From the NCBI GenBank assembly GCA_043228905.1, contig JBHGNT010000018.1, forward strand, positions 4,154,001-4,218,000: a DNA stretch of 64,000 nucleotides, written 5' to 3'. This document shows positions 1 through 12,919 of this stretch, one piece after another. Source of the DNA: Azolla caroliniana. Lineage: Eukaryota > Plantae > Polypodiophyta. Every line of letters begins with the position of its first letter. Within the stretch, counting starts at the first letter, position 1. The notes below the pieces were generated by a model. That model was not told the origin of the DNA, searched no databases, and worked only from the letters and a program-made list of their open reading frames with translations. Made by a program: the position numbers and the translations under genes.

Positions 1-3000
1 GAGTCAAGGATTTGGTCGACCTCGTATTCCTCCCCTGTCGTCAATTGCACAGGTGGTGGTGGAGGGGCCTGACGTCCTAGGAGTTGTGAAGCATAAGGGG
101 GTTCGAGGAGGGAGACATGAAAAACATCATGAATCCGGAAGTGGGATGGAAGGGCGAGCCGGAAGGCGACAGGATTGATGCACTCGATGATACTGAATGG
201 TCCCAACTTCTTGTAATCAAGTTTCGCACATGGACGAGTAGTAGAGATGTGTCGACGTAACAACCAGACCATGTCTCCAACGACAAAATGTGGAGTGGCA
301 GATCAATGGCGATCAGCTTGCTCCTTGTATCGTTCACTAGCAAGACTAAGCTCCAAGGATAAATCATGATGTAGTTCTTCCAAAATGCGAGCACGATCCT
401 CCACCGAAGGGTTCACGAAAGTGGTAGGAAGGGAAATGTTGAAGCAAGGATGTAAACCATAGTTGACAAAGAAGGGATTGACGTCAGTCGATGCATGGAG
501 AGAATTATTGTAGGCGAATTCCGAGAGTGAAAGTAAGTTGACCCAATCATCTTGTTGGTAACTAACAGAGCATCGAAGATACTGCTCAAGGATTTGGTTG
601 ACACGCTCCGTTTGCCCGTCAGTTTGGGGGTGATAAGTGGATGACAACTTGACAGAGATGCCTAAAGTTTGTAGCAGGCGCTGCCAGAAGTGAGAGACAA
701 ACTGGGTTCCGCCATCGGAGATGACATCATTGGGGAGTCCATGCAAGTGTACTACATTGTTGAGTAGTAGATGCACCATTCCTTCTCCGGAAATGGTTTT
801 GGAGCATGGAGTGAAGTGAGCCATCTTCGTAAACCGATCGACAACGAACAACACCGAGTCATAGCTATTGACCAAGGGTAGATCAGTTATCAGGTCCATA
901 GAGATAGAGGCCCAGGGACGACGAGGACATGGAAGCGGCTGTAGTAAGCCGTATGGCCAATGATGAATGGCTTTGGAGCGAACACAAACCTCACAACTCT
1001 TTATGTATTCTCTGACCAACTTCCATGGTTGTGGCCACCAATACCCCCGAGAGACTAGCTCGAGGGTTTTCACGACCCCGAAATGACCTGCAAGTGGGTC
1101 ATTGTGGCATTCCCGCAACACCCGGGTGCGACATGGGCCCTCTGGGACGTATAAGAGATTATCTCGGAACAACAACCACAACCCCTCTTGTATGATGAAG
1201 GTGTCAAGATCCTTCCTTTCGGTCGCCTTGGAGGGGTTTTGTAGACTATCTCGAATCTCGTTAGCGAACGCATCGGTCTTGGACACATCAGTGATCTATT
1301 GGAGTAATGAATCATCCTGCAACATACAAGTGGCAAAAAGATGCAATTGGTCGGGTTTCAACAAACGTCTAGATTGTTGAGCATAAGCAGCATCCCCAGG
1401 GCGGAGTGCAAGGTTAGCTTGGCGAGAAAGGGCATCGGCCTTCCCATGTTGGTCACCAGGTCGAAATACGATCTCAAAATCATAGTCGGCGAGAAATGTC
1501 GACCAACGGGCCTGCCTTCGATTCAAAGTACGAGTGGTGGAAAAATAAACTAAATTTTTATGATCAGTCACTACCTGGACACGATGTTGTGCACTAGCCA
1601 ACTAGGGTCGCCATTCTTCAAAGGCAGCAATGATAGTAGCAAGCTCCTTGTCGTATATGGGATAATTGATTTTGGATGCTGTGAATTTCCGGGAGTAGTA
1701 AGCCACTGGGTGCATTAGGTTGGTGTTGTCTGCCTAGGATAAGATGGCACCAATGGCGAAGTCAGAGGCGTCGGTTTCGACTTGGAAGGGTTTTGTGGGG
1801 TCGGCATGTAGCAGCACTGGGGCAGTGATGAATGCGTGTTTGAGTGAGTCGAACGCATTTTGCACCTCCGAGGTCCATAAAAATGGAGTGCCTTTATGGG
1901 TGAGAGCGATAAGAGGTTGTGCTAGGGTGGAAAACCCCCCTTGATGAAGCAACGGTAAAAATTCGCGAAGCCGAGGAAGGATTGCACATCTTTAAGTCGC
2001 CTTGGGGTTGCCCACACCTGAATGACAGAAACCTTCTTCATATCCATGGTGATGCCAATGGGCGAGATGATGTAGCCGAGAAATTCGATCGAGGTACGGT
2101 CGAACTCGCATTTCTCACCTTTGGCGTAAAGGCCATGCTCGCAAAGTTTGGCAAGAACTAATCGAACTTGGCGAGTGTGCTCCTCCATGTTTGGCGAGAA
2201 AATGAGAATATCATCGAGGTAAATGACAACAAAATGATCAAGATATTCCCGGAATATATCGTTCATCATATGTTGAAAAACTGTTGGAGCGTTAGTAAGA
2301 CCAAAAGGCATTACCTTGTATTCAAAATGCCCATACCGTGTTCGAAATGCAGTTTTCCATTCATCCCCTGGCTTGATGCGTACTAGATTGTACGCTCCAC
2401 GCATATCAACTTTGGAGAAGACACGCGCAACTCGGAGCCGATCAAAGAGTTCAGGGATCAAAGGTAGCGGATAGCGGATATCGTAGAGAGTCGTCCTTCT
2501 TCTTCACAAATAAAATGGGGGCCCCGGCTGGTGACTAAGAAGGTTGAATAAATCCTTTCTCGAGGTTCTCATCGAGATACACACGAAGGGCCTTCAACTC
2601 TGGTGCAGAAAACGCATATAGAGGACCAAAGGGTGGACACGCACCTTCTTGAAGATCAATCGGACGGTCGTAGAGCCGGTGTTCAGGCAAACGATCAGCA
2701 TTACATTTTTCAAATACATCAGAGAAGTGTTGGTATTTGTCGGGAATAACATGGAGTGTGTTAGAAACAACGCCACAAACAAACCCATCTTGGACCGATG
2801 ATGGGGTAGTCAAATCGGAATCGACCTTCTCCGAAGGATGGGAAACTGAATTTACCTTCATACTTTTGCACGAGCATCCTGGCTTGCTAAATGTGATCGA
2901 GCTGTTGCACCAATCCACTTTTGGATTGTGTGCCTCCAACCACGTTAGTCCTAAGACGATTGGATGTCGAGGAGATGCGATGAGATAAAAGGCGAGCTCC

Positions 3001-4600
3001 TCCTGGTGTGAGCCCACACAAAGCCCTAATGGGATTGTAGCTTGAGTAATTGCACCTGACGAGAGGACGCACCCATCGATGGCTTCAACGGGAATAGGTT
3101 TTGAGAGGCCAACGACAGGTACGCCATGTGCTTGGGCAAATGCGATGTCGATGAAGCAAGAAGATGCCCCAAAATCAAGTAAAGCAACAGACTGAATGGA
3201 ACTAGAGTTAAATGAAAGCCATACCTCCAATGTGAAATTGCCTGATGGTCCGGCAATGGAACCAAGAGAATGTGGGCGAGGGGAGATGTCCAGTTGCATG
3301 GATCCTACTACAACTGAACGATGTTGTTTTCTGGATGGTGGGGTCCATTAGCTCGATGGAATTGTGGGCGATTACTCCTAGGACAATGGCGAACGACATG
3401 ACCGGAGGCACCACAATACATGCACAAGCCATTAGCCCGCCGAAATTGTCGTTCGGCATCAGTCAATGGCCGAAATCGGGCTTGATCAATTTCCATGGGG
3501 ACAGGAGCATCTGCCAAAGTAGGGGACTGTGACGTAGTCGGTGGGGGGTATGGTTGGGGTTGTATGACCGGGGCGTGTCGTGGAAGTGAATGAGGTGGAA
3601 CCCAAGTACGACGCTCTTCTTGGCGAAATTCGAATAGACGATTGTCATAATGGATTGCTTGTGAAATCGCTTGGGATAACGAGGCACCGGAAAGTTTAAG
3701 AGAAGGCCGCGCCGAAAGTGATCAACTAAAGCTTGATCATCCCAATTGACGTCGCATGCTAGTTGTCGAAATTCTGAAGCATAGACCGAAGTTGCACGCG
3801 AACCTTGTTCAAGTGCATAAATCTTGTTAAGAGTTGTACGGCGTCGGTCCGTCTCTCCAAATGTGGCCTCTAACTCGGCGAGGAAGGCGGGAAAGTCCTC
3901 CAATAGAGGTGAAGAGGTTTCTACCAATGGTGCAAACCAAGCTTGGGCCAGACCGAAGAGAAGGGTGCCCACAAGGCCGACTTGTCGAAGACCATCTCCA
4001 TAGCGTTGAGGTTGTAGCCGAATGATAAGTTGAACTTGGTTGATGAACCCTTGGAAACGCGACCTCGTTCCATCAAATGTTTCTGGGAGGCTAACCTTAG
4101 GCTCAAGAAAATGCGACGAAGCTAGGCTAGATGTTGGTAGAAGATCGGGCTCTAGGCTAGGTTGCTGTGGGAGACTAGGCTTCGAGGGTTGTGAGGATAG
4201 GGAGGTACCGACTTGAAGTTCTTGTAAAGAATTTCGAAGAGCTTCATTTTCAAGCTGGAGTTGTCGTAAGGCTACCATTAATTGGCCTAACTCACTAGTT
4301 GAGTCGGACATAGCTATGGCTTATGAGAGGGAGAGCTATGAGGATGGGAAGGTGAACAAACTGTCACGGATAGATCATAAGCTCAAGAGACAAGAAAGAC
4401 GATAGACAAATGGATGAGTAGTATTAACGGAAAGACTCCATAACTGGTGTTGTTCACATGGCATGCAAACTTGTTGCACGCATGTGAATCTACAATAGAG
4501 CATGTAGGTATGCATGCATGTGCCAAGTGTAAATACTACAAGGGAGCAACTATGCACATGATGCTAGCTAAACAATAAAGACCAATTAAGGAGGACTATG
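1..4600 (-). mobile_element. Ty3/Gypsy chromovirus A (Tcn1/Tf1-like), decayed; 3' end runs off the window start
   Basis: Domain order gag (3308-4311; PMEID, CxxCxxxxHxxxxC), protease (2535-3299; LLDFGAS), RT (1922-2461; YLDDIL), RNase H (1296-1952; ETDASD), integrase (303-1286; HHCC, DDE), chromodomain start EEYEVDQILDS at 1-35; several stops and frameshifts. Confidence 0.93.
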
Positions 4601-4662
4601 GGTTCAAGAGCTCGACCCATGTAGCATAAGGTCATGGGTTCGAGTCTTGCCATATCATGACA
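4362..4662 (-). repeat. Chimeric LTR: 3' LTR start of element B fused to the 5' LTR of element A
   Basis: TGTCA...TGACA termini; preceded on the - strand by B's PPT (AAAGGGGGGATAG) and followed by A's gag leader; only ~4604-4662 matches B's 5' LTR (17357-17415). Confidence 0.8.
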
Positions 4663-6274
4663 CTATCCCCCCTTTAAAACGACGAGTGTAACAAGTCGTT
4701 TTGGATTGAGGACCCGGTTTGTCTGGATATTGATGATGGAGGTCTTCAAGAAGAGCACGAGCATTGGTGACATTCTCTATCGGTTCCCAAGTACGCTCAC
4801 TGGGACTATATCCTAGCCAATTGACTAGATAGTAGAGCTTGTTGCGAACAATCTTGGAATCAAGGATGGCGGCAACCTCGTACTCAGGTTCATCTTCAAG
4901 CTCGATCGGGGGTGGAGGCTGTGTAATACGTCCTGGGATGGTGCTCTCTTGATAGGGTTCAAGGAGAGAACTATGAAACACCGGATGTATCCGAAGTTGT
5001 GGAGGTAGATCGAGACGAAAAGCGACATTATTAATCTTTCCTATGATCCAAAAAGGACCTAATTGCCGATAATCCAACTTCTCGCATGGGCGAGTAGTCT
5101 TGATGTGTCGTCGGAGTAGCCATACCCGATCTCCAATGTTAAAACTAGATGGGAGTCGATGACAATCCGCATAAACCTTGTGTGTTTGCTGAGCTTGTTG
5201 GAGATGAGTAGATAAATCCGCTTGTATCTTGCGTAACCGCTCCAAACGATCCTCCGCGCAAGGATTTGTGGACACTTCTGGGGTTTCAAGTACACACCAT
5301 CGGGGGTGACATCCCGTATAAGCATAAAATGGCGTAACTTTAGTCGATGCGTGGATAGAGTTATTATAGGCAAATTCGGCGAAGTGGAGAATATCTGCCC
5401 AGTCATCCTGATGATAGCTGAGAAAGCACCGCAGGTACTGCTCCAACGTTTGATTTGTTCGTTCGGCTTGGCCATCGGTTTGTGGGTGGTAGCCGGAGGA
5501 GAGGTTACAAGTGACCTTGAGCATTTAAAAAAGGTGCTTCCAGAATTTTGACACGAACTGGGGTCCACGGTCGTTGACGATACTATCGGGAAGTCCATGA
5601 TGCCGACATACTTCACGCATGACAATTTCGGCGATGTCTTCACTGGAGATTTCCTTAGTACATGGCAAAAAATAAGCCATCTTCGTATATCGATCTACCA
5701 CTGTTAGAATCGCATTGAACCCTTTAGAGACTGGAAGACCTGTGATGAAGTCTAGAGCAATGGATTGCCACGGCTTGCTTGGAATTGGTAATGGTTCTAA
5801 TAAACCATATGGATGATGCCTTGGCATTTTCGCTTTGCAGCATGTGTCACAAGTCCGAACAAAATCTTCGACAAATTGTCGCATACGGGGCCACCAGAAT
5901 GATCGTTGTACTAAATCTAATGTTTTAGTACTACCAAAATGCCCAGCTGTATATGTGTCATGACAGTTTTGTACTACTTGAAGGCGGGAAGAACCATTAG
6001 GAACATACAAAAGTTCTTTAAAGAAGAGTAATCCATCATGGTATTTGAATTGTCGATAGTCCGTACTTGGTGGTTGCGACTGTGAACACGATGTTCGAGA
6101 GGGATCAATTTGTGCTAGTATAGCTTGGGCGAAAGCATCTGTCTTCAGGTCCGCACGTATGATATCGATAACGTGGGAATCCATGGGCATGCCAAAGACC
6201 TGTGTTGCTTGCAGTCGTGCCGGTCCCAAGATTACTTGCTTTTGGTTATCGAAAGTTGGCTCGCCGGGACGCGG
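4655..6274 (-). pseudogene. Element B pol 3' part: integrase plus group-I chromodomain
   Basis: HDTYTAGH...CDTC zinc motif, DDE core, GPF motif, chromodomain EYEVAAILDSKIVRNKLYYLVNWLGYSPSERTWEP; one in-frame stop at 5525. Confidence 0.9.
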
Positions 6275-7096
6275 TGTCGTGAAGATTTTCGGCAATAGTG
6301 TGAAAATCCTATAAAACGTACGAAATCGAGTATGAATCACGTAGTACAATAATTGTGAAGATAACATTTTAAATAGATTTAATATCTAAGTACAAAATGA
6401 TGGAGGTTTCAAATGCACTTTATTACACAAGAAACGGACAACTAAATGTCAAGATATGAGGGTATAAAGTTTGTAAACGGAAAGGAGAAAATTGTGAGAT
6501 ATCCCACATAGGCACGACAAATACAGCTCTCATCATATATAAGGTGGAGCAAAAGATATTATCTTTGTGTCTATGTGTGGAGCATAGAGAGTTCAAGGTA
6601 ACTTGAACTAAGAGTGGAGGTGGGCTAGCTACTCGTAAAGGGTTTTGGCCAACCAAAACCGGACCGGCGATGGAGCCGATGATCTAGCGGCATCCGGCGG
6701 CGGCATCCAACGGCGGCACCGGCATCCGGCGAACCGGCGTCCGGCGACTAGATAAATAAATATATAAATATATATACATATTTACATATACAAGGAGGGC
6801 AAGTAAGGATTCAAACCTTGCACCTCCAAGTTAGGAGTCAAATGGCTTACCATTAAGCCATGCTATTTAGTTGAAATTATATTTCTATCATTGTACTTTT
6901 ACATGTAAATTCTCATACATGAGAACTAAAACGAGTGACATGGTTATCAAATTGATCGTGTAATCTCAACTTCTCTCTTTCCCAATCTATCTTAAGTACT
7001 TTCTCACCAAAGCTTGTATCGACTCTAAATCCTTCTGGTCCAGAACCCCGGCGGTTCCGCCTCACGATCCGCGCGTAGTGACGGATCTTCACGACA
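6275..7096 (+). repeat. 5' LTR of element C
   Basis: TGTCGTGAAGAT...ATCTTCACGACA; near-identical to 12920-13746. Confidence 0.95.
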
Positions 7097-7104
7097 TAAT
7101 CAAG

Positions 7105-7122
7105 TGGTGAACCCGACGTGAA
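7105..7122 (+). promoter_or_regulatory. Primer-binding site complementary to tRNA-Trp
   Basis: TGGTGAACCCGACGTGAA is the complement of the plant tRNA-Trp 3' end (...TTCACGTCGGGTTCACCA, from recall); lies 8 nt after the LTR. Confidence 0.85.
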
Positions 7123-7163
7123 CGAGGCGGTAGGAAGGATCAAGTCGAGATTAATACTTGGAG

Positions 7164-9362
7164 ATGGCGTCCTCAAGCAACCAAGCGGGAGAGCTCGAAA
7201 GGATGATGCTAATCGTCGAGCAAATGATGAGATCTCGGGACAACGACGCGAGCGTGGAGAAGGTTGTCGATCGTGTCGTAGAGCTCGAGGGCCAATTCGA
7301 TGGAAGGAACGTTACGAAGTTCCTTGATGCATATAAGAGGGAGATGAATCCGAGGGACGTGTCCGAGGCACGTCAAATCGCAAGCTTCAAGAGAGTTGTC
7401 GCCAACAACATCCAAAGGCGCGTCATCGAGCTTCAAGAAGGTAAGACAACATGGTCCGAGTTCGAGTAAACGATACTAGCGGAGTTCGTGACTGAAGACT
7501 CAACGAGGATGACTCGACATGCCCTGATGAAGTGGATAGAGAAGAAGAATAAGAAGATGAGCGTCTCGAGGGTGTACGACGAATTCGACCAGATGTTTAG
7601 TCGTCTCCCCAATACGGACCAAGTGTTGCTTGAAGAGGACAAGACTTTGTACTTCTTGAAGGCCGTGGACATAAAGGATAGACGGGAGTTGGGGACTCTT
7701 CTCGAAGATGATACCCAAGCAAATGGGCTCGTAGCGGACTGGATCGCGGTGAAGCGGGCATGCAATAGGCTCGACAAGCGTCGCCAATGGGTTGATGACA
7801 CTGACATGACGGGACCGACTACCACGGAGAAAGCAAGACCGCTGAAAGTAGCTGAGCCGCTGAGACAAAGTAACGTGGAAGAAAAGAAGATTGATGACGA
7901 CATCATTGAAGAGCTAGCGAAGAAGTTCGAGAAGGTCACTCTAGCCAACATGAATCGTCGGGGCCCTAAAGGAAAAGAACCCTTTAGATGCGTGTGGTGC
8001 GATAGCATGGACCACATGAGAAGGGATTGTGCGAGCCTTCGAGAGTCGATTCGACAAAATATCGTATACATAGAGGACAACGTGATCTGCTCAAGCGAGA
8101 CTAGAAGACCCCTACGGGTGAATTTCGGAAGAGGAGGAATGAAGAGATCTATGGAGGATGCCGATGCGACTCATGTGGATGCGATGCACTATGCTGCGTC
8201 GGCCGGAATAAGAGTCGGGAAAGACAAGACTGAAGCTGCTAGAGCGGGAGCAAAGTTTTGGACTTCCATTCTCGAATATGAGAAGAAGGGAAAAATCACA
8301 TCGAACGAGGTAGAGCTTGTGGACCGAAGCGTTCAAAGCATAACCGGGTGGTCGGATCCGGTGGACGACAACACCATACTCGCAGAGGTGATGTGCGACA
8401 ACCACGAGGTGTTTGTCGAAGAAAAGAGAAAGAGAATAGAAGAGCAAGGGCCATCAAAAAGACATGAAACAAGGAACGCGAAAAAGAAGGACGATGCGGA
8501 GACGAGTTGACCTTTACAAACGGAGGAACGAGAATCAAGCCGAAAAGGGGAGCCGAGCATACGAGTTGAAGAAACGGTTCGGCCCGTGAAGGTTGGTGTC
8601 GAAGACCCCGCTCGGAGAACAAGGACCATACCTACCTATAAGCTAAGGTCGGACATAGAGCAGACGGTGGACCTAAAGAAGATTCTCGAAGAACGAGTTC
8701 TTGATAGCCACGTAACTTTGTCCTTGAGGGAATTGCTTGGCATTACGAAGAAGGAGTTCCATGACACGATCGTGGACCTTGTTAAGAGAAAGAGACAACA
8801 ATCGGACGAGGAAGAAGAGAAGCCGCAGAAAGCAAAAACGAATGCCATAACGATGGCAAGAGACGAAATCGATGAAGATATGGTGGACAACCACTACACT
8901 TGACCTCATTGGGCACGAGCGACAACGGAGACGCCGGTGAAGATCGGGGAGAAGAAAGAGACCGTCGTAGCCTTGATCGACCACGGCTCGGAGATCAACC
9001 TCATGTCAACCGACTTCTATCAAAAGGGAAGATGGCCAATCAATACAAACCACGGATGGAAGATTCGCGCGGCAACAAAGTCTACGGAGGACTTGTACGG
9101 AGCTTGTCCCAATGTCAAAGTCACGATCGGGGATGTGGAGATGTGTCAACACTTCTTCGTACAAGAATCGGCGTCGCATCCTGTCATCCTAGGGCAACCT
9201 TATATCACATCATCTCGGGTGGAGACCAAAGTGTTCGATAATGGAGCAGCCTTCGCACAAATAAAGAGTCTTGACAAACAAAGATCGGTCCAATTCCTAA
9301 CGGTGCGAGCCAATCATGAAAGGAATCGAGATAGTCTCGGAGGCAAATCCTCGGATTTTTAG
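7164..9362 (+). pseudogene. Element C gag-protease, with in-frame stops
   Basis: Zinc knuckle CVWCDSMDHMRRDC; protease LIDHGSEINL...ILGQPY; stops at 7467, 8508, 8901 in the same frame. Confidence 0.88.
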
Positions 9363-12300
9363 AGCGGACTATTGAAGCATGGGGCACAAATAGTCCGATC
9401 AATCACAAGAACCCACAAGAAAGAAGAGTGCGTGGATTGCAAGGAGAAGCAACATGTGTCACACCTAGTGGCGCATGTAAACTAGGACTACCCGACAAGA
9501 AGCACAAGCACCGGATACAAGAATTCGAGAAGATGCTAAAAGAAGAGAACATAATAGAAGAAGGGGAGTTCGTGACTCATATTATGGAAGAAGCCTCATT
9601 TAACGACACCATCGGCGAAATCGAGGACGTTGTGGACTTGAGCTATCTTCACAACCAATGCGTGATTTCGGTTAACTCCGTCAACATGTACGCTATCATC
9701 GATGAATACCATCGTGGCATCTCGATGAAGGAAGCTGACATCAACACGAAATATAAAATGGTGGATAAGAAGATCAAGCCAGTTGCGTTCCGCTACCGGA
9801 AGATAGCTGGCAAAAGATGAAGGAAGTCGCTAACGATCCAAGCTTAAGAGATCCGAAGAAGATAGGTCATGACTTCACCAAAGAGACGAAGGGGAAGCTA
9901 CGAGTTGGAAAGGAGGATTTCCTTCTCCCTGAAGAGGAGCGAATGTTTCGCGATATGCTTGAGAGACATGGGAAGGCTTTCGTATTCTTCCCACGAGAAA
10001 TCGGATGTGCCGACCCAAAGGTTATAGAGCCCATGGTGATCTTCACGGTGCCTCATGTGCCTTGGAATTTGAAACCGATACCGGTTCCGAGAGGACACCT
10101 TCCAAAGCTGATCGAGCTCTTAAAGGAGAAGGTGAGTATGGGAATTCTAGAACCGTCGAATGCTCCTTATTCCAATAGGTGGTTCACGGTGCCGAAGAAG
10201 AATGGATCATTGTGATTCATCCAAGATCTTCAACCCGTCAACAAGGTGACAATTCGAAATGCCGGAATCGGTCCGAGCGTGGACGAAGTTGCCGAAGCGT
10301 TTGTGGGCCGGTCCATCTACTCCATTGGCGATCTCTACTCCGGATATGACCAATTCCAATTGGCGATCGACAGTCGGGACATTACAACCATGAGGACTCC
10401 GATCGGGCTTGTGCGGATGTGTACCTTACCCCAAGGCGCAACGAACTCGGTGGCTCATATGGTGAATGCCATGAATAAAGTCTTGAAGGATTGCATTCCG
10501 GACATCACGATGCCATGCTTGGATGATATTCCGATAAAAGGATGTTCGGATGAGGAGAAAGATGAATCGAAAGATAAGGAAGGTTGTAGAAAGTTCGTTG
10601 CGGATCATATGAAAGATTGCGAGAAGGTGCTTCAAAGGTTTGAAGATGCGAATTTGACATTTTCGGGAGAAAAATCCGCATTCGGGCAACCGGAGATCTT
10701 GGTGGTAGGTCACTTGTGTGGAGCGTACGGCCGGAAGCCCTCGCCATCCAAAGTGAACGCAATCCAAGACATGAAAGAAGAATGCGAAAACCAAACGGAG
10801 GTTCGAAGGTTCCTTGGAGCGTGCGCGTTTTATCATATATGGATTCCTCACTACGCTCATGTCGCCGAACCGTTATATGGACTACTAAAGAAAAGAATAA
10901 AGTTCGAATGGTGAGACGAGCACACAGAGGCGATGCGAAGATTAAAGAAACTGCTTCTTGAAGCTCCGGCACTAAGGAAGGCCGACTATGCCGAAGGGAA
11001 ACCAATTTACGTGACCGTAGATAGGAGCCCAACCGGAATCGGGTGGGTCATCAATCAAGAAGGTGAAGATAATGCGCGATATGCCGTCCGGTTCAGAGCA
11101 AAGGTTCTCAACGAACGGCAACAAAGATATGCCCAAGTCAAGCGGGAACTTTGGGGTATTGTGTCGGCAGTGAAGACGGACAAAGATTACCGGATCGGGT
11201 CAGAAGTGATAATAGAGACAGATTGTCTCCCAATTCTCGGAATGGTCTCGGGATGTGCGACCCCAGATCTTGCTATGCTAAGGTGGATCGCCTACATCAA
11301 GTCTTTAAACCCAGAGATTCGTCACATCGCAGGGAAGAAGAACGCCATGGCTGACATGCTGTTAAGGGCAAGATTTTCAAATGGAAGTAACATGGTTTCG
11401 GAAGATGAAGATGTCGCCCTCGACTTCTTCAAGATGGCTCGATTGTCGGTGGAAGACCAGGACACGCAAACCCTCCACGCCTTCAACGAGAATGAGTACG
11501 AAGGAGAGTGGTTACTCATTGGTAGATTCCAAAGAACATTGACGACAGATCCTTCGTTGACAAAGGAGGAGGCCCTACGAATCCGAAAGAAAGCTTATCG
11601 ATACTTCTTGAAGGGAGGATTCCTTTGGCCACATCCAAAAAGAAGGACAGGAATACCACATCGAGTGGTGGTAAAGAAAGAAGAGCAAGAGACGCTGATG
11701 ACCGAATTCCACGAGAGTGCTTGGGCAGGTCATAGAGGAACATGGGCGACGTTAGAAAAATTGAAGGAGAAGTACTGGTGGCCAAGCATGTACAAAGATG
11801 TACTCCATTTCGTGTCCACATGTGAAACTTGCCAAATATATTCAAATATACGTCATCGTGATGAGTTAAAGCCGACATACCCACTCACCATTCACTTCAA
11901 ATGGATGGTGGATCTGGTCTCGATGCCAATGGGAGTGGGACAAATGAAGTACTTAGCACTCGCAAGGGAAGACTTGACAAATCAAGTGGAAGGACGAGCC
12001 TTGACAAATAAGACGACTTCAGCCGTTTGTAAATTTTTACTTGAAGATGTTGTTTGCCGATATGGATGTGTAGGGAAGATAGTGGCCGACCAAGGGGAGT
12101 TGGACGCGCACAAAGCGACAGAGCTCTTCGAAAGACTAGGCGTGAAGCTCTCCCTCACGACTGCCTACAATCCGGAAGCAAATGGGAAGATCGAGCGAGG
12201 GCATGGACCTATCGTTAAAGCCATCGTACGGGCATGCAACGGTCGAGTCGGGAATTGGCCACGACTATTACCCTATGCCTTGTGGGCCGATAGAACGACA

Positions 12301-12847
12301 CATAGCTCGGTGACAGGGTATATGCCGACGGAGCTTATGTATGGACAAAAGCCGATTATGCCCATCGAAAGGACGATCGCCTCATGGGTAGCGATACCGT
12401 GGGAGAACGAGATGAGCCGAGAAGAGTTATTAGCGGCCTGAGATAAGGCAACTTGAAAGAAGACCTGAAGATTTAGAAAAAGCGCAAAAGATGATGAAGG
12501 CAGCCCGAGTAAAGAACAAAGTTCTGTTCGACAACACGCATCGACTTCGTCCCAAGAAGATTGAAGAAGGGGATTGGGTTTTGGTTTACGACAGCACCCT
12601 TGACAATCAACATAGTACAACAAGGAAGTTCGCAAGAAGATGGTTCGGGCCGTATGTGGTGACAAGTGCCAACGATAATGCCACATACCACCTTGCGGAA
12701 CTAGATAGATCATGGTTGGCTGTACCCATTGCGGGAAAAAGAGTAAAGATTTTCAAGAAAAGACAAGACAAGGATCTTGACCTCGATTACCTCGACGATG
12801 AACATAATAGGACGGATGAAAATGAAGAAGTGGAGGAATCTAATTGA
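9359..12847 (+). pseudogene. Element C pol (RT, RNase H, integrase), disrupted
   Basis: DLYSGYDQF, LPQGATNS, CLDDI; RNase H; HESAWAGH...CETC; integrase core; WFGPY; several stops and frameshifts. Confidence 0.9.
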
Positions 12848-12919
12848 TCATCGTAGCCGAAATCTCACTTCTTCTCTTCTTGGCACGTACCGGAGGACGT
12901 GTGGTTTGGTGGGGGTGGA

